In this document: positions 1 through 20,581 of the stretch, in pieces
Layout of the letters: every line of letters starts with the position of its first letter
Numbering within the stretch: position 1 is the first letter of the stretch
Assembly: GCA_965226475.1 (NCBI GenBank)
Contig: CBDDDJ010000002.1
Location: forward strand, 862,697-926,696
Length of the DNA: 64,000 nt
Direction of reading: 5' to 3'
From: Alphaproteobacteria bacterium
Lineage (GTDB): Bacteria; Pseudomonadota; Alphaproteobacteria; GCA-2731375
Notes under the pieces: model-generated
Seen by the model: only the letters and a program-made list of their open reading frames with translations
Databases searched by the model: none
Told to the model about the DNA's origin: nothing
Made by a program: the position numbers and the translations under genes

Positions 1-434
1 AAAAAATCGGCCCCCACCCGGTCCATCTTGTTGATGAAACACATCCGGGGGACACCGTATTTGTCGGCCTGACGCCATACGGTCTCGGATTGGGGCTCGA
101 CGCCGGCGACCGAGTCGAAGACCGCGACCGCGCCGTCGAGCACGCGCAGAGATCGCTCGACCTCGATGGTGAAGTCGACGTGGCCGGGCGTGTCGATGAT
201 GTTGATGCGATGATCGCGCCAGAAGCAAGTCGTCGCGGCCGAGGTGATGGTGATCCCCCGCTCCTGCTCCAGCTCCATCCAGTCCATGGTCGCGGCACCG
301 TCATGCACCTCGCCGATGCGGTGCGAGCGTCCCGTGTAGTACAGCACGCGCTCCGTCGTCGTCGTCTTGCCGGCATCGATATGCGCCATGATGCCGATAT
401 TGCGATATCGCTCGAGGGGCGTTGCACGGGACAT
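1..434 (-). CDS. fusA: Elongation factor G, 5' part (runs off the window)
   Basis: Manual translation [35 protein letters not shown]...DTPGHVDF...NKMDR; lies downstream of rpsG. Confidence 0.97.
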   Translation of the reverse strand, partial: MSRATPLERYRNIGIMAHIDAGKTTTTERVLYYTGRSHRIGEVHDGAATMDWMELEQERGITITSAATTCFWRDHRINIIDTPGHVDFTIEVERSLRVLDGAVAVFDSVAGVEPQSETVWRQADKYGVPRMCFINKMDRVGADF

Positions 435-458
435 GGGAATGATCCTCCGAGGACTCGG

Positions 459-929
459 TTACCAGCGATAATGAGAGAACGCGCGGTTGGCTTCGGCCAT
501 CCGATGCACGTCTTCCCGTCTCTTGACGGAGGTGCCGCGGGCGTTGGCGGCGTCCAGCAGCTCCGACGACAGCCGCTCCTCCATGGTATTCTCCGAGCGG
601 CCGCGCGCGGCGACGATGAGCCAGCGAATGGCCAGCGCCTGGGAACGTTCGGGACGAACCTCGACGGGCACCTGGTAGGTCGCGCCACCGACGCGGCGGG
701 AGCGAACCTCGACAGCCGGCTTCACATTGGTCAGCGCCTCGTGGAAGACCTTCAACGGATCCTGTCCGGAGCGCGCCTGAATGCGGTCGAAGGCGCTGTA
801 GATGATGCCCTCGGCCGAGGACTTCTTGCCGTCCAGCATCAAGGAGTTGGTGAATTTCGCCAGAACCGTGTCGCCGAATTTCGGATCGGGGAGAATTTCC
901 CGTTTTTCCGCTCTGTGGCGTCGTGACAT
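459..929 (-). CDS. rpsG: 30S ribosomal protein S7
   Basis: [19 protein letters not shown]...[11 protein letters not shown]...[12 protein letters not shown]. Confidence 0.99.
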   Translation of the reverse strand: MSRRHRAEKREILPDPKFGDTVLAKFTNSLMLDGKKSSAEGIIYSAFDRIQARSGQDPLKVFHEALTNVKPAVEVRSRRVGGATYQVPVEVRPERSQALAIRWLIVAARGRSENTMEERLSSELLDAANARGTSVKRREDVHRMAEANRAFSHYRW

Positions 930-956
930 CCTATTCGCTCCCGTCCTGGCTGGCGC

Positions 957-1328
957 TTATTTCGGCCGCCGGGCGCCGTACTTCGAGCGGCGCTGACGAC
1001 GATCGGAGACGCCCTGGGTGTCGAGGACGCCGCGAATGATGTGGTAGCGGACACCGGGCAGGTCCTTGACCCGGCCGCCGCGGATCAACACCACCGAGTG
1101 CTCCTGCAAATTGTGACCCTCGCCCGGGATGTAGCTGATCACCTCGAAGCCGTTGGTCAGGCGCACGCGCGCCACCTTGCGCAACGCCGAGTTCGGCTTC
1201 TTCGGCGTCGTCGTATAGACGCGAGTGCAAACCCCACGTCTCTGCGGACAGGCCTGCAGCGCCGGCACCTTGTTGCGCGTCGCTTGGGCCCGCCTGGGTT
1301 TGCGGATCAGCTGGTTTATCGTCGGCAT
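957..1328 (-). CDS. rpsL: 30S ribosomal protein S12
   Basis: [10 protein letters not shown]...[11 protein letters not shown]...[12 protein letters not shown]. Confidence 0.99.
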   Translation of the reverse strand: MPTINQLIRKPRRAQATRNKVPALQACPQRRGVCTRVYTTTPKKPNSALRKVARVRLTNGFEVISYIPGEGHNLQEHSVVLIRGGRVKDLPGVRYHIIRGVLDTQGVSDRRQRRSKYGARRPK

Positions 1329-1672
1329 GTAACGTCCCCGTTCCTAACACTCTTTACCGCCGCGTGGGCTCGCCCCGCGCTCGAAAAGACCACGATGTCC
1401 CACGTGTCCCCGACGCAAACGGCGCAAACACAGCCACGCCACGAGACAGCCCCCTTAGGGTTTTGCCAACCTCGCGACGTGGTCGCCCGCGTCGTATATA
1501 TCCCAGATTGAGATCGCTCGACGCAGCGTCTAGGTCGACAGCCTACTGCCTGCGCCCCATTCGGGGTTGGCGGATACTATGTATCGACCCCTTGCGCGTC
1601 AACTAAAAATTCAAGATTTTCCGGCCCTTCGACGATCCTCTCGACAATCGCGGGATCGGTCGCCACGACCTA

Positions 1673-1699
1673 GGTCCGCGCAATTTAATTGCGCGGACC
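1673..1699. repeat. Perfect 13-bp inverted repeat between rpoC and rpsL (hairpin/terminator or binding site)
   Basis: GGTCCGCGCAATT-T-AATTGCGCGGACC. Confidence 0.5.
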
Positions 1700-1732
1700 C
1701 GAGTGATTTCGACCAGAATTGGCGTTCGACGA

Positions 1733-10108
<8,376 letters not shown>

Positions 10109-10503
10109 GCCTTCTCCCCAATATCCCGCCGGAGGCGGGTCCATCTTCGCTTCGCCCGAATGCGCTCGGTCCGGAAACCCGGCCTGGCCCGTCCATCCCG
10201 GCGACGAGCATGGTGACGGACGTGACCCACCCGCGCGATTGCGCGGTATGCGGACACGAGCACCGACGCGGTCGCGTCAGCGACCGGCCGGTGCAAGACC
10301 TGCGACAAGAATTCCAGTTTTCAATCGATCGACCCGCGGCGATTGCCGGGACTATATGCGATTCGCGCCGAAAGATTCAAGCACTGACTTCACCATTCAC
10401 CCGGGACTTCCAGACGGCGAAATCTCGAGCCCCTCCCCGGTCCGGCGACGGTATCGAGGGAACCCCGGGCCGTAACCCGGGATTCCAAACGAAATTCTTA
10501 CGC

Positions 10504-10884
10504 TTATTTCACCTCGACAGTGGCGCCGGCGCCTTCCAGCTGTTCCTTCAGCTGGTCGGCCTCGTCCTTGTTGACGCCTTCCTTGACCGCCTTGGGCGCG
10601 GCCTCGACCAGATCCTTGGCCTCCTTCAGGCCAAGACCGGTGATCACGCGGACCTCTTTGATAACGTTGATCTTCTTGTCACCAAAGGACGCCAGGATGA
10701 CGTCGAACTCGGTCTGTTCCTCGGCCTCGGCCGCCTCGCCGCCGTCCGCGCCCGGCATCACCGCCATGGCCATCGGGGCCGCCGCCGAGACGCCCCACTT
10801 CTCTTCCAGCATCTTGGCTAGGTCCGCCGCCTCGATGACCGTCAAACCGGAAAGCTGTTCCGCGATCTGTTCCAGATCCGCCAT
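10504..10884 (-). CDS. rplL: 50S ribosomal protein L7/L12
   Basis: [10 protein letters not shown]...[24 protein letters not shown]. Confidence 0.99.
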   Translation of the reverse strand: MADLEQIAEQLSGLTVIEAADLAKMLEEKWGVSAAAPMAMAVMPGADGGEAAEAEEQTEFDVILASFGDKKINVIKEVRVITGLGLKEAKDLVEAAPKAVKEGVNKDEADQLKEQLEGAGATVEVK

Positions 10885-10979
10885 TGTTCATACTCCTTCA
10901 TTCGCTATCGTCGCGCCAGGGCGCGATCATGGTTCGATTCGGTGTGCCCGTGCGCGCCGTTCGTTTCGAGTCCCGTGTC

Positions 10980-11507
10980 TCAAGCCGCCTCGTCGGCGCC
11001 CGCCGAATCGGCGTAGGCCGACAGCACCCGGGCCAACTGGCTCGCAGGCGCCTGCACCACGCCCGCGACCTTGGTCGCCGGTGCCTGCAGCAGTCCGATC
11101 AGCTTGCCGCGCAGCGCGTCCAGCGACGGCAACGCGGCCAGCGCCTTGATGCCGTCCTCGTCCAGCTGACGCTCGCCCATGGCACCGCCACGCACGACTA
11201 GCGCGTTTACGGTCCTGGCGAACTCGACGGCGACCTTCGCGGGCGCCACCGGATCGTCCGAATAGGCGATCCCGGTCGGCCCGGTGAAGAGGTCACGCAA
11301 TCCCTCGTAGGGCGTGCCCTCGAGGGCGAGCTTCGTCAGGCGGTTCTTGGTGACGCGGAAGGTCGCGCCGGCCTCGTTCATGCGCCGTCGCAGATCGCTG
11401 ATCCGCCCGACGTCAAGACCGCTGTAGTGCGTGACCACGACACAGTTGGTCCCGTTAAGGATCTCGTGCATCTCGGCCACGAACGCTCGCTTTTGCGCTC
11501 TATCCAC
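10980..11507 (-). CDS. rplJ: 50S ribosomal protein L10
   Basis: GTG start (M)DRAQKRAFV...RVTKNRLTKLAL...LPSLDALRGKLIGLL; position between rplA and rplL. Confidence 0.96.
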   Translation of the reverse strand: MDRAQKRAFVAEMHEILNGTNCVVVTHYSGLDVGRISDLRRRMNEAGATFRVTKNRLTKLALEGTPYEGLRDLFTGPTGIAYSDDPVAPAKVAVEFARTVNALVVRGGAMGERQLDEDGIKALAALPSLDALRGKLIGLLQAPATKVAGVVQAPASQLARVLSAYADSAGADEAA

Positions 11508-11680
11508 CGAAGCTTCCTCGCTCTCCTGGCCACGACCGGCGGACGTGCCGCCGCCCATGGCGCGGTTGCAAACAGGGCGCCGGCTCCAGGGAGCCGCCAC
11601 CCGCTCTCGTCCGTCCAGGTGAAGGAGGCCGATTGACCAAAGGGGGTCGCTCGGACCCGCTTCCTCGACCACGCGATCCA

Positions 11681-11747
11681 CCCGTCTCATGCCGGCGCCC
11701 CGGAGGGCCATTAAGTCGTCGCGACGACACCCGCAATCTCGGACAGG
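11681..11747 (-). promoter_or_regulatory. Putative L10 leader (rplJ autoregulatory RNA)
   Basis: CCTGTCCGAGATTGCGGGTG...TTAA...CCGGCATGAGACGGG in the long rplA-rplJ spacer resembles proteobacterial L10 leaders; no covariance model was run. Confidence 0.6.
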
Positions 11748-11856
11748 TGGGAAACGACGAAGCGCCGCCTCCCGATCCCACCCCGACCTCGGGCCGGGGC
11801 GAAACTCCGCACGCTATAACACGATCAATCCGGCCCGGCAAAGCCGGGCCGCGTCG

Positions 11857-12552
11857 TCAGCCGCCCAGCAGTTCCTGCGGGTCGATCTTGACGCCCGGCC
11901 CCATGGTGGAACTGACGGCGACGCGCTCCACGTAGGTGCCCTTGGCGCCAGCCGGCTTGTTGCGGATCAGGGCGTCGAGCAGCGCGACGACGTTCTCCTT
12001 GAGCTGTCCGTCCTCGAAGCTCGCCTTGCCGACACCGGCATGGACGATACCTGCCTTCTCGACGCGGAACTCCACCTGACCGCCCTTGGCCGCGCGCACC
12101 GCCTCGCCGATATCCATGGTGACGGTGCCGAGCTTGGGGTTCGGCATCAGGCCGCGTGGGCCCAGGACCCGGCCCAAGCGGCCGACGACGCTCATCATGT
12201 CGGGCGTCGCGATACAGCGGTCGAAGTCCATTTCGCCGCCCTGGATCTTCTCCGCGAGGTCCTCGGCGCCGACGATATCGGCGCCCGCCTCGCGCGCCTC
12301 GTCCGCCTTGCCCTCGCGGGCGAAGACGGCGACGCGGACCGACCTACCCGTGCCGTTGGGCAGCTGCACGGTGCCGCGCAAGTTCTGGTCGGCATGGCGC
12401 GGGTCGAGGCCCAGGTTGACGGCCACCTCCACCGTCTCGTCGAACTTCCCCGAGCTGCGTTCCTTCACCATCCGGATTGCCTCGTCCAACCCGTAGAGGC
12501 GGTCGCGATCGATGCCGTCGCGGCCCTTGATGACACGTTTTCCACTCGCCAT
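11857..12552 (-). CDS. rplA: 50S ribosomal protein L1
   Basis: KFDETVE...[16 protein letters not shown]...STMGPG. Confidence 0.99.
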   Translation of the reverse strand: MASGKRVIKGRDGIDRDRLYGLDEAIRMVKERSSGKFDETVEVAVNLGLDPRHADQNLRGTVQLPNGTGRSVRVAVFAREGKADEAREAGADIVGAEDLAEKIQGGEMDFDRCIATPDMMSVVGRLGRVLGPRGLMPNPKLGTVTMDIGEAVRAAKGGQVEFRVEKAGIVHAGVGKASFEDGQLKENVVALLDALIRNKPAGAKGTYVERVAVSSTMGPGVKIDPQELLGG

Positions 12553-12556
12553 GACG

Positions 12557-12985
12557 CTACCTCCTCACCTCGATGCCCATCGAACGGGCGGAGCCCGCGA
12601 TCATCTCCGCCGCCGCGTCGATGTCGTTGGCGTTCAGGTCCTTCATCTTGACCTCGGCGATCTCGCGGCACTGCTCGAGAGTGACCGAGCCGACGACTTT
12701 GCGCCCCGCCGTCTCGGCTCCCTTGTCCAGGCCGGCCGCCCTGCGCAGCAGATGGGAGGCCGGCGGCGTGCGGGTGACGAAGCTGAAGCTCTTGTCGGCA
12801 TAGACCGTAATCGTCACCGGCGTCGGCACGCCGGGCTCGCCACCCTGGGTCTCGGCGTTGAACGCCTTGCAGAATTCCATGATGTTGACGCCGCGCTGGC
12901 CCAGCGCCGGGCCCACCGGCGGCGAGGGGTTGGCCTGTCCCGCCGCTATTTGCAGCTTGATGTAGCCGTTGATCTTCTTCGCCAT
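12557..12985 (-). CDS. rplK: 50S ribosomal protein L11
   Basis: [26 protein letters not shown]. Confidence 0.99.
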   Translation of the reverse strand: MAKKINGYIKLQIAAGQANPSPPVGPALGQRGVNIMEFCKAFNAETQGGEPGVPTPVTITVYADKSFSFVTRTPPASHLLRRAAGLDKGAETAGRKVVGSVTLEQCREIAEVKMKDLNANDIDAAAEMIAGSARSMGIEVRR

Positions 12986-13089
12986 TCACTCGTCCCTTTC
13001 TCTAACGGCCACCACCGGACGCGTGCCCGCCGGCGCCTTTGGGATGGCGTGGTGCGCGGCCCTGGCCAGGCCTCCCACGCAGCTTCCGC

Positions 13090-13620
13090 TCAGGTCTTCT
13101 CGACCTGGGCGTATTCCAACTCGACCGGCGTCGCCCGGCCGAAAATCGATACCGCGACCTTGAGCCGGGCCCGCTCCTCGTCGACCTCCTCGACTTCTCC
13201 GTTGAAGGAGGTGAACGGGCCGTCGCAGACCCGGACCAGTTCGCCGATCTCGAAGGTGATCGACGGCTTCGGCCGCTCGATCCCGTCCTGCACCTGCTGC
13301 ACGACGCGCGCCGCCTCGGCCTCGCTTATCGGCGAGGGCCGATTGCCGGTGCCGAGAAACCCGGTCACCTTCGGCGTGTTCTTGATCAGGTGATAGGCTT
13401 CGTCCGTCATGTCCATCCGGGCCAGGATATAGCCGGGGAAAAACTTGCGCTCGGCGCTGACTTTCTGGCCGCGACGGACCCTGAGCACCTCTTCCGTCGG
13501 CACCATGACCTCGAGGATCTCGTCCTCCAGGCCCATGGCCTGGACCTGCTCCAAGATCGAGGCCTGGACCTTCTTCTCGAAACCCGAGTAGACGTGGGCG
13601 ATGTACCATCTGGCCGCCAT
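13090..13620 (-). CDS. nusG: Transcription termination/antitermination factor NusG
   Basis: [22 protein letters not shown] motif [20 protein letters not shown]. Confidence 0.99.
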   Translation of the reverse strand: MAARWYIAHVYSGFEKKVQASILEQVQAMGLEDEILEVMVPTEEVLRVRRGQKVSAERKFFPGYILARMDMTDEAYHLIKNTPKVTGFLGTGNRPSPISEAEAARVVQQVQDGIERPKPSITFEIGELVRVCDGPFTSFNGEVEEVDEERARLKVAVSIFGRATPVELEYAQVEKT

Positions 13621-13624
13621 GGCC

Positions 13625-13822
13625 CTAGCTCCCGAGATTGAGGATCAAGCGTACGATATTAGAGAGGCCGAGATCGACCAGCAGGAAGAAGATCGCCGCC
13701 AGCGTCACCATGATGAATACCATGATGGTGGTGATGCCCGTCTCCTTGCGGCTCGGCCAGGTGACCTTGGAAGCCTCCTGCCGCACCTGCCGGACGAACT
13801 CCGCCGGTGATACCTTCGCCAT
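13625..13822 (-). CDS. secE: Preprotein translocase subunit SecE
   Basis: [20 protein letters not shown] plus one TM helix; lies between tRNA-Trp and nusG. Confidence 0.96.
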   Translation of the reverse strand: MAKVSPAEFVRQVRQEASKVTWPSRKETGITTIMVFIMVTLAAIFFLLVDLGLSNIVRLILNLGS

Positions 13823-13867
13823 CGCTTCAGCCTTCCCTATAGTTGCCCACCGGAAGTCCCGGGCCGA

Positions 13868-13943
13868 TGGCAGGAGTGGAGGGGCTCGAACCCCCAACCC
13901 CCGGTTTTGGAGACCGGTGCTCTACCAATTGAGCTACACTCCT
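13868..13943 (-). tRNA. tRNA-Trp (CCA)
   Basis: AGGAGTGTAGCTCAATTGGTAGAGCACCGGTCTCCAAAACCGG...GTTCGAGCCCCTCCACTCCTGCCA. Confidence 0.97.
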
Positions 13944-13956
13944 CGGATCCAGCCCT

Positions 13957-15147
<1,191 letters not shown>

Positions 15148-15250
15148 CGCTCGACCAACCTTTTCGTTCGCTCGTCCGTCTTCGACCGTTTCCCGGTCCT
15201 CGCCGCCGCCCGGCGAGCCGTGCTCCGGCCCCTTGGCCCGCGGCCTCGTC

Positions 15251-15324
15251 TGGAGCGGGTGATGGGAATCGAACCCACGTAACCAGCTTGGAAGGCTGGG
15301 GCTCTACCATTGAGCTACACCCGC
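15251..15324 (-). tRNA. tRNA-Gly (TCC)
   Basis: GCGGGTGTAGCTCAATGGTAGAGCCCCAGCCTTCCAAGCTGG...GTTCGATTCCCATCACCCGCTCCA. Confidence 0.97.
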
Positions 15325-15377
15325 GAAAACCCGAGTATCCTCGTCTTCGCCCGCTTGCCCCGTTCGTCGGGTTTACT

Positions 15378-15462
15378 TGGTGGAGGGAGTTGGATTCGAA
15401 CCAACGTAGGCATAGCCAACGGGTTTACAGCCCGTCCCCTTTAACCACTCGGGCATCCCTCC
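15378..15462 (-). tRNA. tRNA-Tyr (GTA)
   Basis: GGAGGGATGCCCGAGTGG...GGGCTGTAAACCCG...long variable arm...GTTCGAATCCAACTCCCTCCACCA. Confidence 0.97.
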
Positions 15463-15580
15463 GAAAAGCACGATGAACGGCGCCGGGGCCGACAGGCCCC
15501 GACGCGGCGACGTGGGACTATGGCTTTTGTCGTCAAATGTCAATATTTGAGCGCGCGTTCAGCCATGCAAGGGGGCCCAA

Positions 15581-16357
15581 ATGCCACGAGAACGAAAACC
15601 CAGAGACGGCGGCGAGCCGGCGGAGGATCGGAGCTACTGGATTCACGGCACCCATGCCGTGCACGCCGCGCTCGCAAACCCGACGCGCCGCGCAAGCCAG
15701 CTGCTGGCGACGGGCTCGGCGGTGGTCCGGCTGCGCGACGCGGACCTGTGGGACGATGCGCCCCGGGCGGAGGTCGTATCGAGCACCAAGATCGCTCGTT
15801 ACCTCCCCGCCGATACCACCCATCAAGGAGTGGCGCTGCGCGTGGGGGCCCTGGACGACGTGGCCCTCGGCGAGGTGGCGGGCATCGACGCGGCGGCGGC
15901 CCGCCTTGTGGTGCTGGACCGGGTTTCTGATCCCAGAAACGTCGGTGCCATCCTACGGGCGGCGGCGGCCTTCGGCGTCGCCTGCGTGGTCACGCCACGC
16001 CGCCACGCGCCGGCGGAAGGCGGCGTGCTGGCCAAGTCGGCCTCGGGTGCGCTGGAGATCGTGCCCCTGGTGCGTGTCGCCAACCTCGCCCGCGCCCTCG
16101 ACGAGATCGCGGAGCTCGGCTTCTGGCGCCTCGGCCTCGACGCCGAGGCCGAGGCGGGAATAGACCAGACCCGGCCCGACGGGCGCTTCGCCCTCGTGCT
16201 GGGCGCCGAGGGCAGCGGGCTCAGACGGTTGACCATCGAGCATTGCGACGCGCTGGCCCGTATCGAGATGGCGCCCGGAATGGCGAGCCTCAACGTAAGC
16301 CAAGCCGCCGCCGTCGCCCTGCATGCGACCCGGCCCCCTGGCCAGCCGACACCCTAG
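15581..16357 (+). CDS. rlmB: 23S rRNA 2'-O-methyltransferase, TrmH/SpoU family
   Basis: HQG, DPRNVGAILR, LGAEGSG, SLNVS SPOUT motifs; divergent from tRNA-Tyr as usual in Alphaproteobacteria. Confidence 0.9.
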   Translation: MPRERKPRDGGEPAEDRSYWIHGTHAVHAALANPTRRASQLLATGSAVVRLRDADLWDDAPRAEVVSSTKIARYLPADTTHQGVALRVGALDDVALGEVAGIDAAAARLVVLDRVSDPRNVGAILRAAAAFGVACVVTPRRHAPAEGGVLAKSASGALEIVPLVRVANLARALDEIAELGFWRLGLDAEAEAGIDQTRPDGRFALVLGAEGSGLRRLTIEHCDALARIEMAPGMASLNVSQAAAVALHATRPPGQPTP

Positions 16358-16543
16358 CAGTTTGTCGGGCTTAGGCCGATAGAGGTCAATATGCGCAAGA
16401 AACGCAATGATTTTGACGGGAAATTATAACAAACATACGAACCATGCGCTTTGTGTGAAATATTATTGCCGATTTTGCTTAAGTCCGACAGGCTCCTAGG
16501 GGGCAAGATCGTCCCAGATATTTCGACCGAGGGGGAGACAGGC

Positions 16544-17287
16544 ATGGCGGACGCGCTCGGCTGGCGGGGCAAGATCGGTGTCGCGATCCCCTCGACCAAC
16601 ACAATTCTTCAACCCGATTTCGAGGTGATGCGGCCCTTGGGCGTCACCAATCACACCGGCCGCATCATGATCCCCAACATGACGATCGGCTCGGACGAGG
16701 ACTTCAAGACCTTGATGGGGATGATCGACGTGGAGATCTATGCCGCCGTCGACCGGCTGATGACCGCGGCGCCCGACCGGATGCTGGTCGGCATCTCGTC
16801 CTTCATCTTCTGGGAGGGGCTGGAGGCCTCGGAAGCCCGCCGCGCGAAGCTGGAGGCGCACGCCGGCGTGCCGGTGACGGGCGGCTCGTTCGGGATGCTG
16901 GCGGCGCTTCGGGCCTTGGGCGCGACGCGCGTCGCCGTCCTCTCGCCTTACCCGAAAATCGCCAACGACCAGGTAACCCGCTTCCTGGGCGATGGCGGCA
17001 TCGAGGTGCGGCGCTTTCGCACGCTCGAATGCACAACGCCGCTGGAGATCGCCGAAGTCGGCGAGGATCGTATCCGCGCCGCCCTCCTGGAAATCGACGG
17101 CGACGATGTCGACGCCCTGGTGCAGGCCGGCACCAACCTCTCGATGCTGCGCCTCGCTGCCGAGGCGGAGCGCTGGTTGGCCAAGCCGGTGCTGTCGATC
17201 AACGCGGTCACCTACTGGCACGTGCTCAGGGAGATGGGTGTGGCCGACCGGATCGACGGCTTCGGCACGCTGCTGGAGAACCATTGA
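16544..17287 (+). CDS. Maleate isomerase / arylmalonate decarboxylase (Asp/Glu racemase superfamily)-like protein
   Basis: GWRGKIGVAIPSTNT, LGATRVAVLSPY, QAGTNL, KPVLSIN. Confidence 0.8.
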   Translation: MADALGWRGKIGVAIPSTNTILQPDFEVMRPLGVTNHTGRIMIPNMTIGSDEDFKTLMGMIDVEIYAAVDRLMTAAPDRMLVGISSFIFWEGLEASEARRAKLEAHAGVPVTGGSFGMLAALRALGATRVAVLSPYPKIANDQVTRFLGDGGIEVRRFRTLECTTPLEIAEVGEDRIRAALLEIDGDDVDALVQAGTNLSMLRLAAEAERWLAKPVLSINAVTYWHVLREMGVADRIDGFGTLLENH

Positions 17288-17304
17288 AGCTTAAAGGAGC
17301 GGGG

Positions 17305-17721
17305 ATGGCGGAGGCGAGAGCGACACGTGGCGCCATCGGGCTAAAGGCCGCCTGGCTCTGCTGCGCTCTGGGGATGGCGCTCTCATCGACTTTTCCGGCG
17401 GCCGCCACGCAGCCGGCGCGGCGCGATTTCGTCCTCGATTGGCCCGCCGTCAGGTCGGCGGCCCAAGGCTTCGATCGGTCCGACGCCGCGCGCTTCGAGG
17501 CGAGATACGAGGAACTGTCGCGGCAACGTCCCTATCTGATCCTGACGCCTCCCGCGCCCTATTTCGTCGTCGGCCGGGGCGGCGGGGATCATTTTTTCCT
17601 CGAGGCCGTAGTCGAGATGTTCACGTCCGCCTTGCGCAAGAGCCAGACGGCCAGGGTCGGATGCGCTCCGCGACGGCGTGGCGCGCGACGGCAAATGAAA
17701 GCTATCCGGAACACGAGTTGA
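17305..17721 (+). CDS. Hypothetical protein, possibly exported or degraded
   Basis: AAGGAG RBS upstream; hydrophobic N-terminus; C-terminus looks non-protein-like. Confidence 0.35.
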   Translation: MAEARATRGAIGLKAAWLCCALGMALSSTFPAAATQPARRDFVLDWPAVRSAAQGFDRSDAARFEARYEELSRQRPYLILTPPAPYFVVGRGGGDHFFLEAVVEMFTSALRKSQTARVGCAPRRRGARRQMKAIRNTS

Positions 17722-17773
17722 AAACCAACGCGGCGATCGCCACGATCGCGTTGAACACAGCCGGAGCCACCCG

Positions 17774-18916
17774 ATGCCGATCCCCTCGCAAGTCCACCTC
17801 TTCGATATTCCCGACGACATCGCCTACCTCAACTGCGCCTATCTCTCGCCGCTTTTGAAAACGGTGGCGGCGGCCGGCCAGGCGGGCCTCGCGCGCAAGT
17901 CGCGGCCCTGGGAGATCCAGAGTGTGGATTTCGAGTCGGAGGTGGAAGTCGCGCGCCAGCGCTTCGCGGCGCTGATCGGCGCCACCGCCGACGACGTCGC
18001 GGTCGTGCCGGCGGCGAGCTACGGCATGGCCAACGCGGCGCGAAACGTCGAGATCGCGGCGGGCGACAATATCGTCGTACTGGCCGATCAATTCCCCTCC
18101 AATGTCGCCCCCTGGCGGACTCGCGCGGCCGAGACCGGCGCCGAGCTCCGCACCGTCGCCCGGCCCGCCGACGACGACTGGACGCCCGCCGTACTCGCCG
18201 CGATCGACGATGCCACGGCGGTCGTCGCCCTTCCCAACTGCCACTGGACCGACGGCACGCTCGTGGACCTGGAATCCGCAAGCGCGGGAGCCAGGCGGGT
18301 GGGCGCGGCGCTCTGCCTTGACCTGACGCAGTCGATCGGCGCCATGCCCTTCGACGTCGGCGCCGTTCGGCCCGATTTCATGGTCGCCGCTGGCTACAAG
18401 TGGATGATGGGTCCCTATTCCTTGGGCTTCATGTATGCCGCGCCCGCGCGCCAGGACGGCATCGGCTTCGAGCACAACTGGACCATGCGGTCGAACGACC
18501 CCGATTTCGCCCGCATGCGGAGCGACGCCGCCAGCGGAAAAATCGCGGCCCGCCGCTACGACATGGGCAAAGCCGCCAACTTCGCGTGCATGCCGATGGC
18601 GATCGCGGCGCTCGACCAACTGATCGCATGGGGCCCAGCCGAGACCCAGGCGACGTTACGCCTGCTCACCGACGAGATCGCGGCCGAGGCCGAAGCCCGA
18701 GGCCTGCTCGTCGCCGCCCGGGAGCGGCGCGCCGGCCACTACATCGGTCTCCGCTTCACCGGCGGCATGCCGGAGGCGATCATCGCCCGCCTCGCCGAAC
18801 GTCGCGTCTTCGTCAGCCAGCGCGGCGATTCCCTGCGCGTGACGCCGCATCTTTATAACGATTCCCGCGACGTCGCCCGCCTGTTCGCGGCGCTTGACCG
18901 CGAACTCGGGCGCTGA
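17774..18916 (+). CDS. PLP-dependent aminotransferase class V (cysteine desulfurase/kynureninase-like)
   Basis: YLNCAYLSP, DLTQSIG, PLP-lysine AAGYKWMMGP, LRVTPHLYN. Confidence 0.88.
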   Translation: MPIPSQVHLFDIPDDIAYLNCAYLSPLLKTVAAAGQAGLARKSRPWEIQSVDFESEVEVARQRFAALIGATADDVAVVPAASYGMANAARNVEIAAGDNIVVLADQFPSNVAPWRTRAAETGAELRTVARPADDDWTPAVLAAIDDATAVVALPNCHWTDGTLVDLESASAGARRVGAALCLDLTQSIGAMPFDVGAVRPDFMVAAGYKWMMGPYSLGFMYAAPARQDGIGFEHNWTMRSNDPDFARMRSDAASGKIAARRYDMGKAANFACMPMAIAALDQLIAWGPAETQATLRLLTDEIAAEAEARGLLVAARERRAGHYIGLRFTGGMPEAIIARLAERRVFVSQRGDSLRVTPHLYNDSRDVARLFAALDRELGR

Positions 18917-18964
18917 AGCCACCGACGGACAACAGGCCCGGGAGTCGCCGTTCATGGCGATTGG

Positions 18965-20581
18965 TCATCGGTCGTACTCGAAGGCGTCGTCGCGAAGCCG
19001 ATCGGCTGCGTCGCGCTCGTCCGCCGGGCCGAACCCGCCGCCGCCGGGGGTACGGATCAGCAGCACATCGCCCTGTTCCAGGAAATAGACCCCGCGTGGG
19101 TCGTGCTCGACGCCGTTGATGCGGATGGCGCCGAGGCCGCCCGCCTCGCCGCCGTCGAGGCCGGGGGCGGGGACGCGAGTGCGCTCTCCCATGAAAGTGA
19201 CGGTGGTGGGCGTCTCCGACTCGTTCACCATCTCGACCTCCTGGCCGAGGCCGCCGCGACGCCGGCCGCGCCCGCCGGAACCGGGCGTCAAGCGCTTGTA
19301 GCGGAACAGCAGCGGCGAGATCTGCTCCGCCACCTCGACCGGCGTGGACGAGATATTGGAGGGCCAAGAGAGCACCGCTTCCCCGTCCGCCCCGCTCGTC
19401 GCGCCCATGCCGCCATTGAGGAACAGGTTGGTCGTGTAGGTCCGCCCATCGGGCCGCATGCCGCCCTGGGTACAGTTCCACAGGGGCGAGCCGGGCGCGG
19501 CCATGACGCGCCCAGGCAGAATCGGCGCCAGGGCGCCGAACACCAGAACGGGCACGTAATGGCCCGTGCTGGAGCGCGCGCCGACGGCGGCGGGCGGCAA
19601 GGGGTTCAGCAACGAACGCTCGGGCACGGAAAGCGTGATCGGCCGCAGCATGCCGGCGTTGTTCGCCAGCTCGGGCAGCAGGGCGCATTTCAGCGCATAG
19701 GCGCTCATCGCGAAGGTGTAGCAAAGTGGGCAGTTGATCGAGCGCGGCTGTTCGGGCGAGGTGCCGGCATAGTCGAAACGGACCTCGTCGCCGGCGATTT
19801 CGAGCGCCAGCTCGAAGTGGTAGGGCCGGTCCGGCTCGTGGCCGTCGGTGTCCATGGCAAAGCGCAGGACGCCGTCGGGAAGCGCACGGATCGCCGCCCG
19901 CATCGCGGTCTCGCAACGGCCATTCAGTTCGTGGCTGAGCGCCGCCAGATCCCTCAGGCGATATTCCGCCATCAGCGCGCCCAGGCGCTGTTCCATCAGG
20001 CCGTTGGCGCTCACCTGGGCGAAGATGTCGCCCTCGGTCTGCTCGGGCGTGCGCACCTGAGTCCTGAGTAGACGGAAAAAGGTCTCGTCCGGCACGCCCG
20101 CGCGGATAATCTTCATCGGGGGGATGTGGAAGCCTTCCTCGAAGACCTCGCGCGCAATCATCGAACGGATGCGCCCGCCGATGTCCGGCACATGGCTCGT
20201 GGTGGCGGCGAAGGCCACGAGCTTTTGGCCCAGAAAGATCGGCCTGACGATACAGACGTCGTTCAGATGGCCCGTCCCGAGCCAGGGATTGTTGGTCGAG
20301 AGCACGTCGCCCGGCTCAAGGCCGTCGTGGCCGAATTCGGCGATGAAGTGGCGCACCGTCGCCGGCAGGGTGCCGATGAAGGAGGGGATGGAGCCGGAAT
20401 TTTGCGCGATCAGTTCGCCGTCGCGGTCGGTCAGCACGCAGGCGAAATCGTTGGCCTCGTTCGAGAGAGTCGAGAATGAGGTGCGGACGATCGCCTTCGC
20501 CGCCTCGTCGACGATCGAGATGAGCCGCGTCCAAAGCACCTCCAACAGCACCGCATCGAGTTTCGGCGTTTCGGACATCAC
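18965..20581 (-). CDS. Hydantoinase B / 5-oxoprolinase subunit
   Basis: [48 protein letters not shown]. Confidence 0.92.
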   Translation of the reverse strand: MMSETPKLDAVLLEVLWTRLISIVDEAAKAIVRTSFSTLSNEANDFACVLTDRDGELIAQNSGSIPSFIGTLPATVRHFIAEFGHDGLEPGDVLSTNNPWLGTGHLNDVCIVRPIFLGQKLVAFAATTSHVPDIGGRIRSMIAREVFEEGFHIPPMKIIRAGVPDETFFRLLRTQVRTPEQTEGDIFAQVSANGLMEQRLGALMAEYRLRDLAALSHELNGRCETAMRAAIRALPDGVLRFAMDTDGHEPDRPYHFELALEIAGDEVRFDYAGTSPEQPRSINCPLCYTFAMSAYALKCALLPELANNAGMLRPITLSVPERSLLNPLPPAAVGARSSTGHYVPVLVFGALAPILPGRVMAAPGSPLWNCTQGGMRPDGRTYTTNLFLNGGMGATSGADGEAVLSWPSNISSTPVEVAEQISPLLFRYKRLTPGSGGRGRRRGGLGQEVEMVNESETPTTVTFMGERTRVPAPGLDGGEAGGLGAIRINGVEHDPRGVYFLEQGDVLLIRTPGGGGFGPADERDAADRLRDDAFEYDR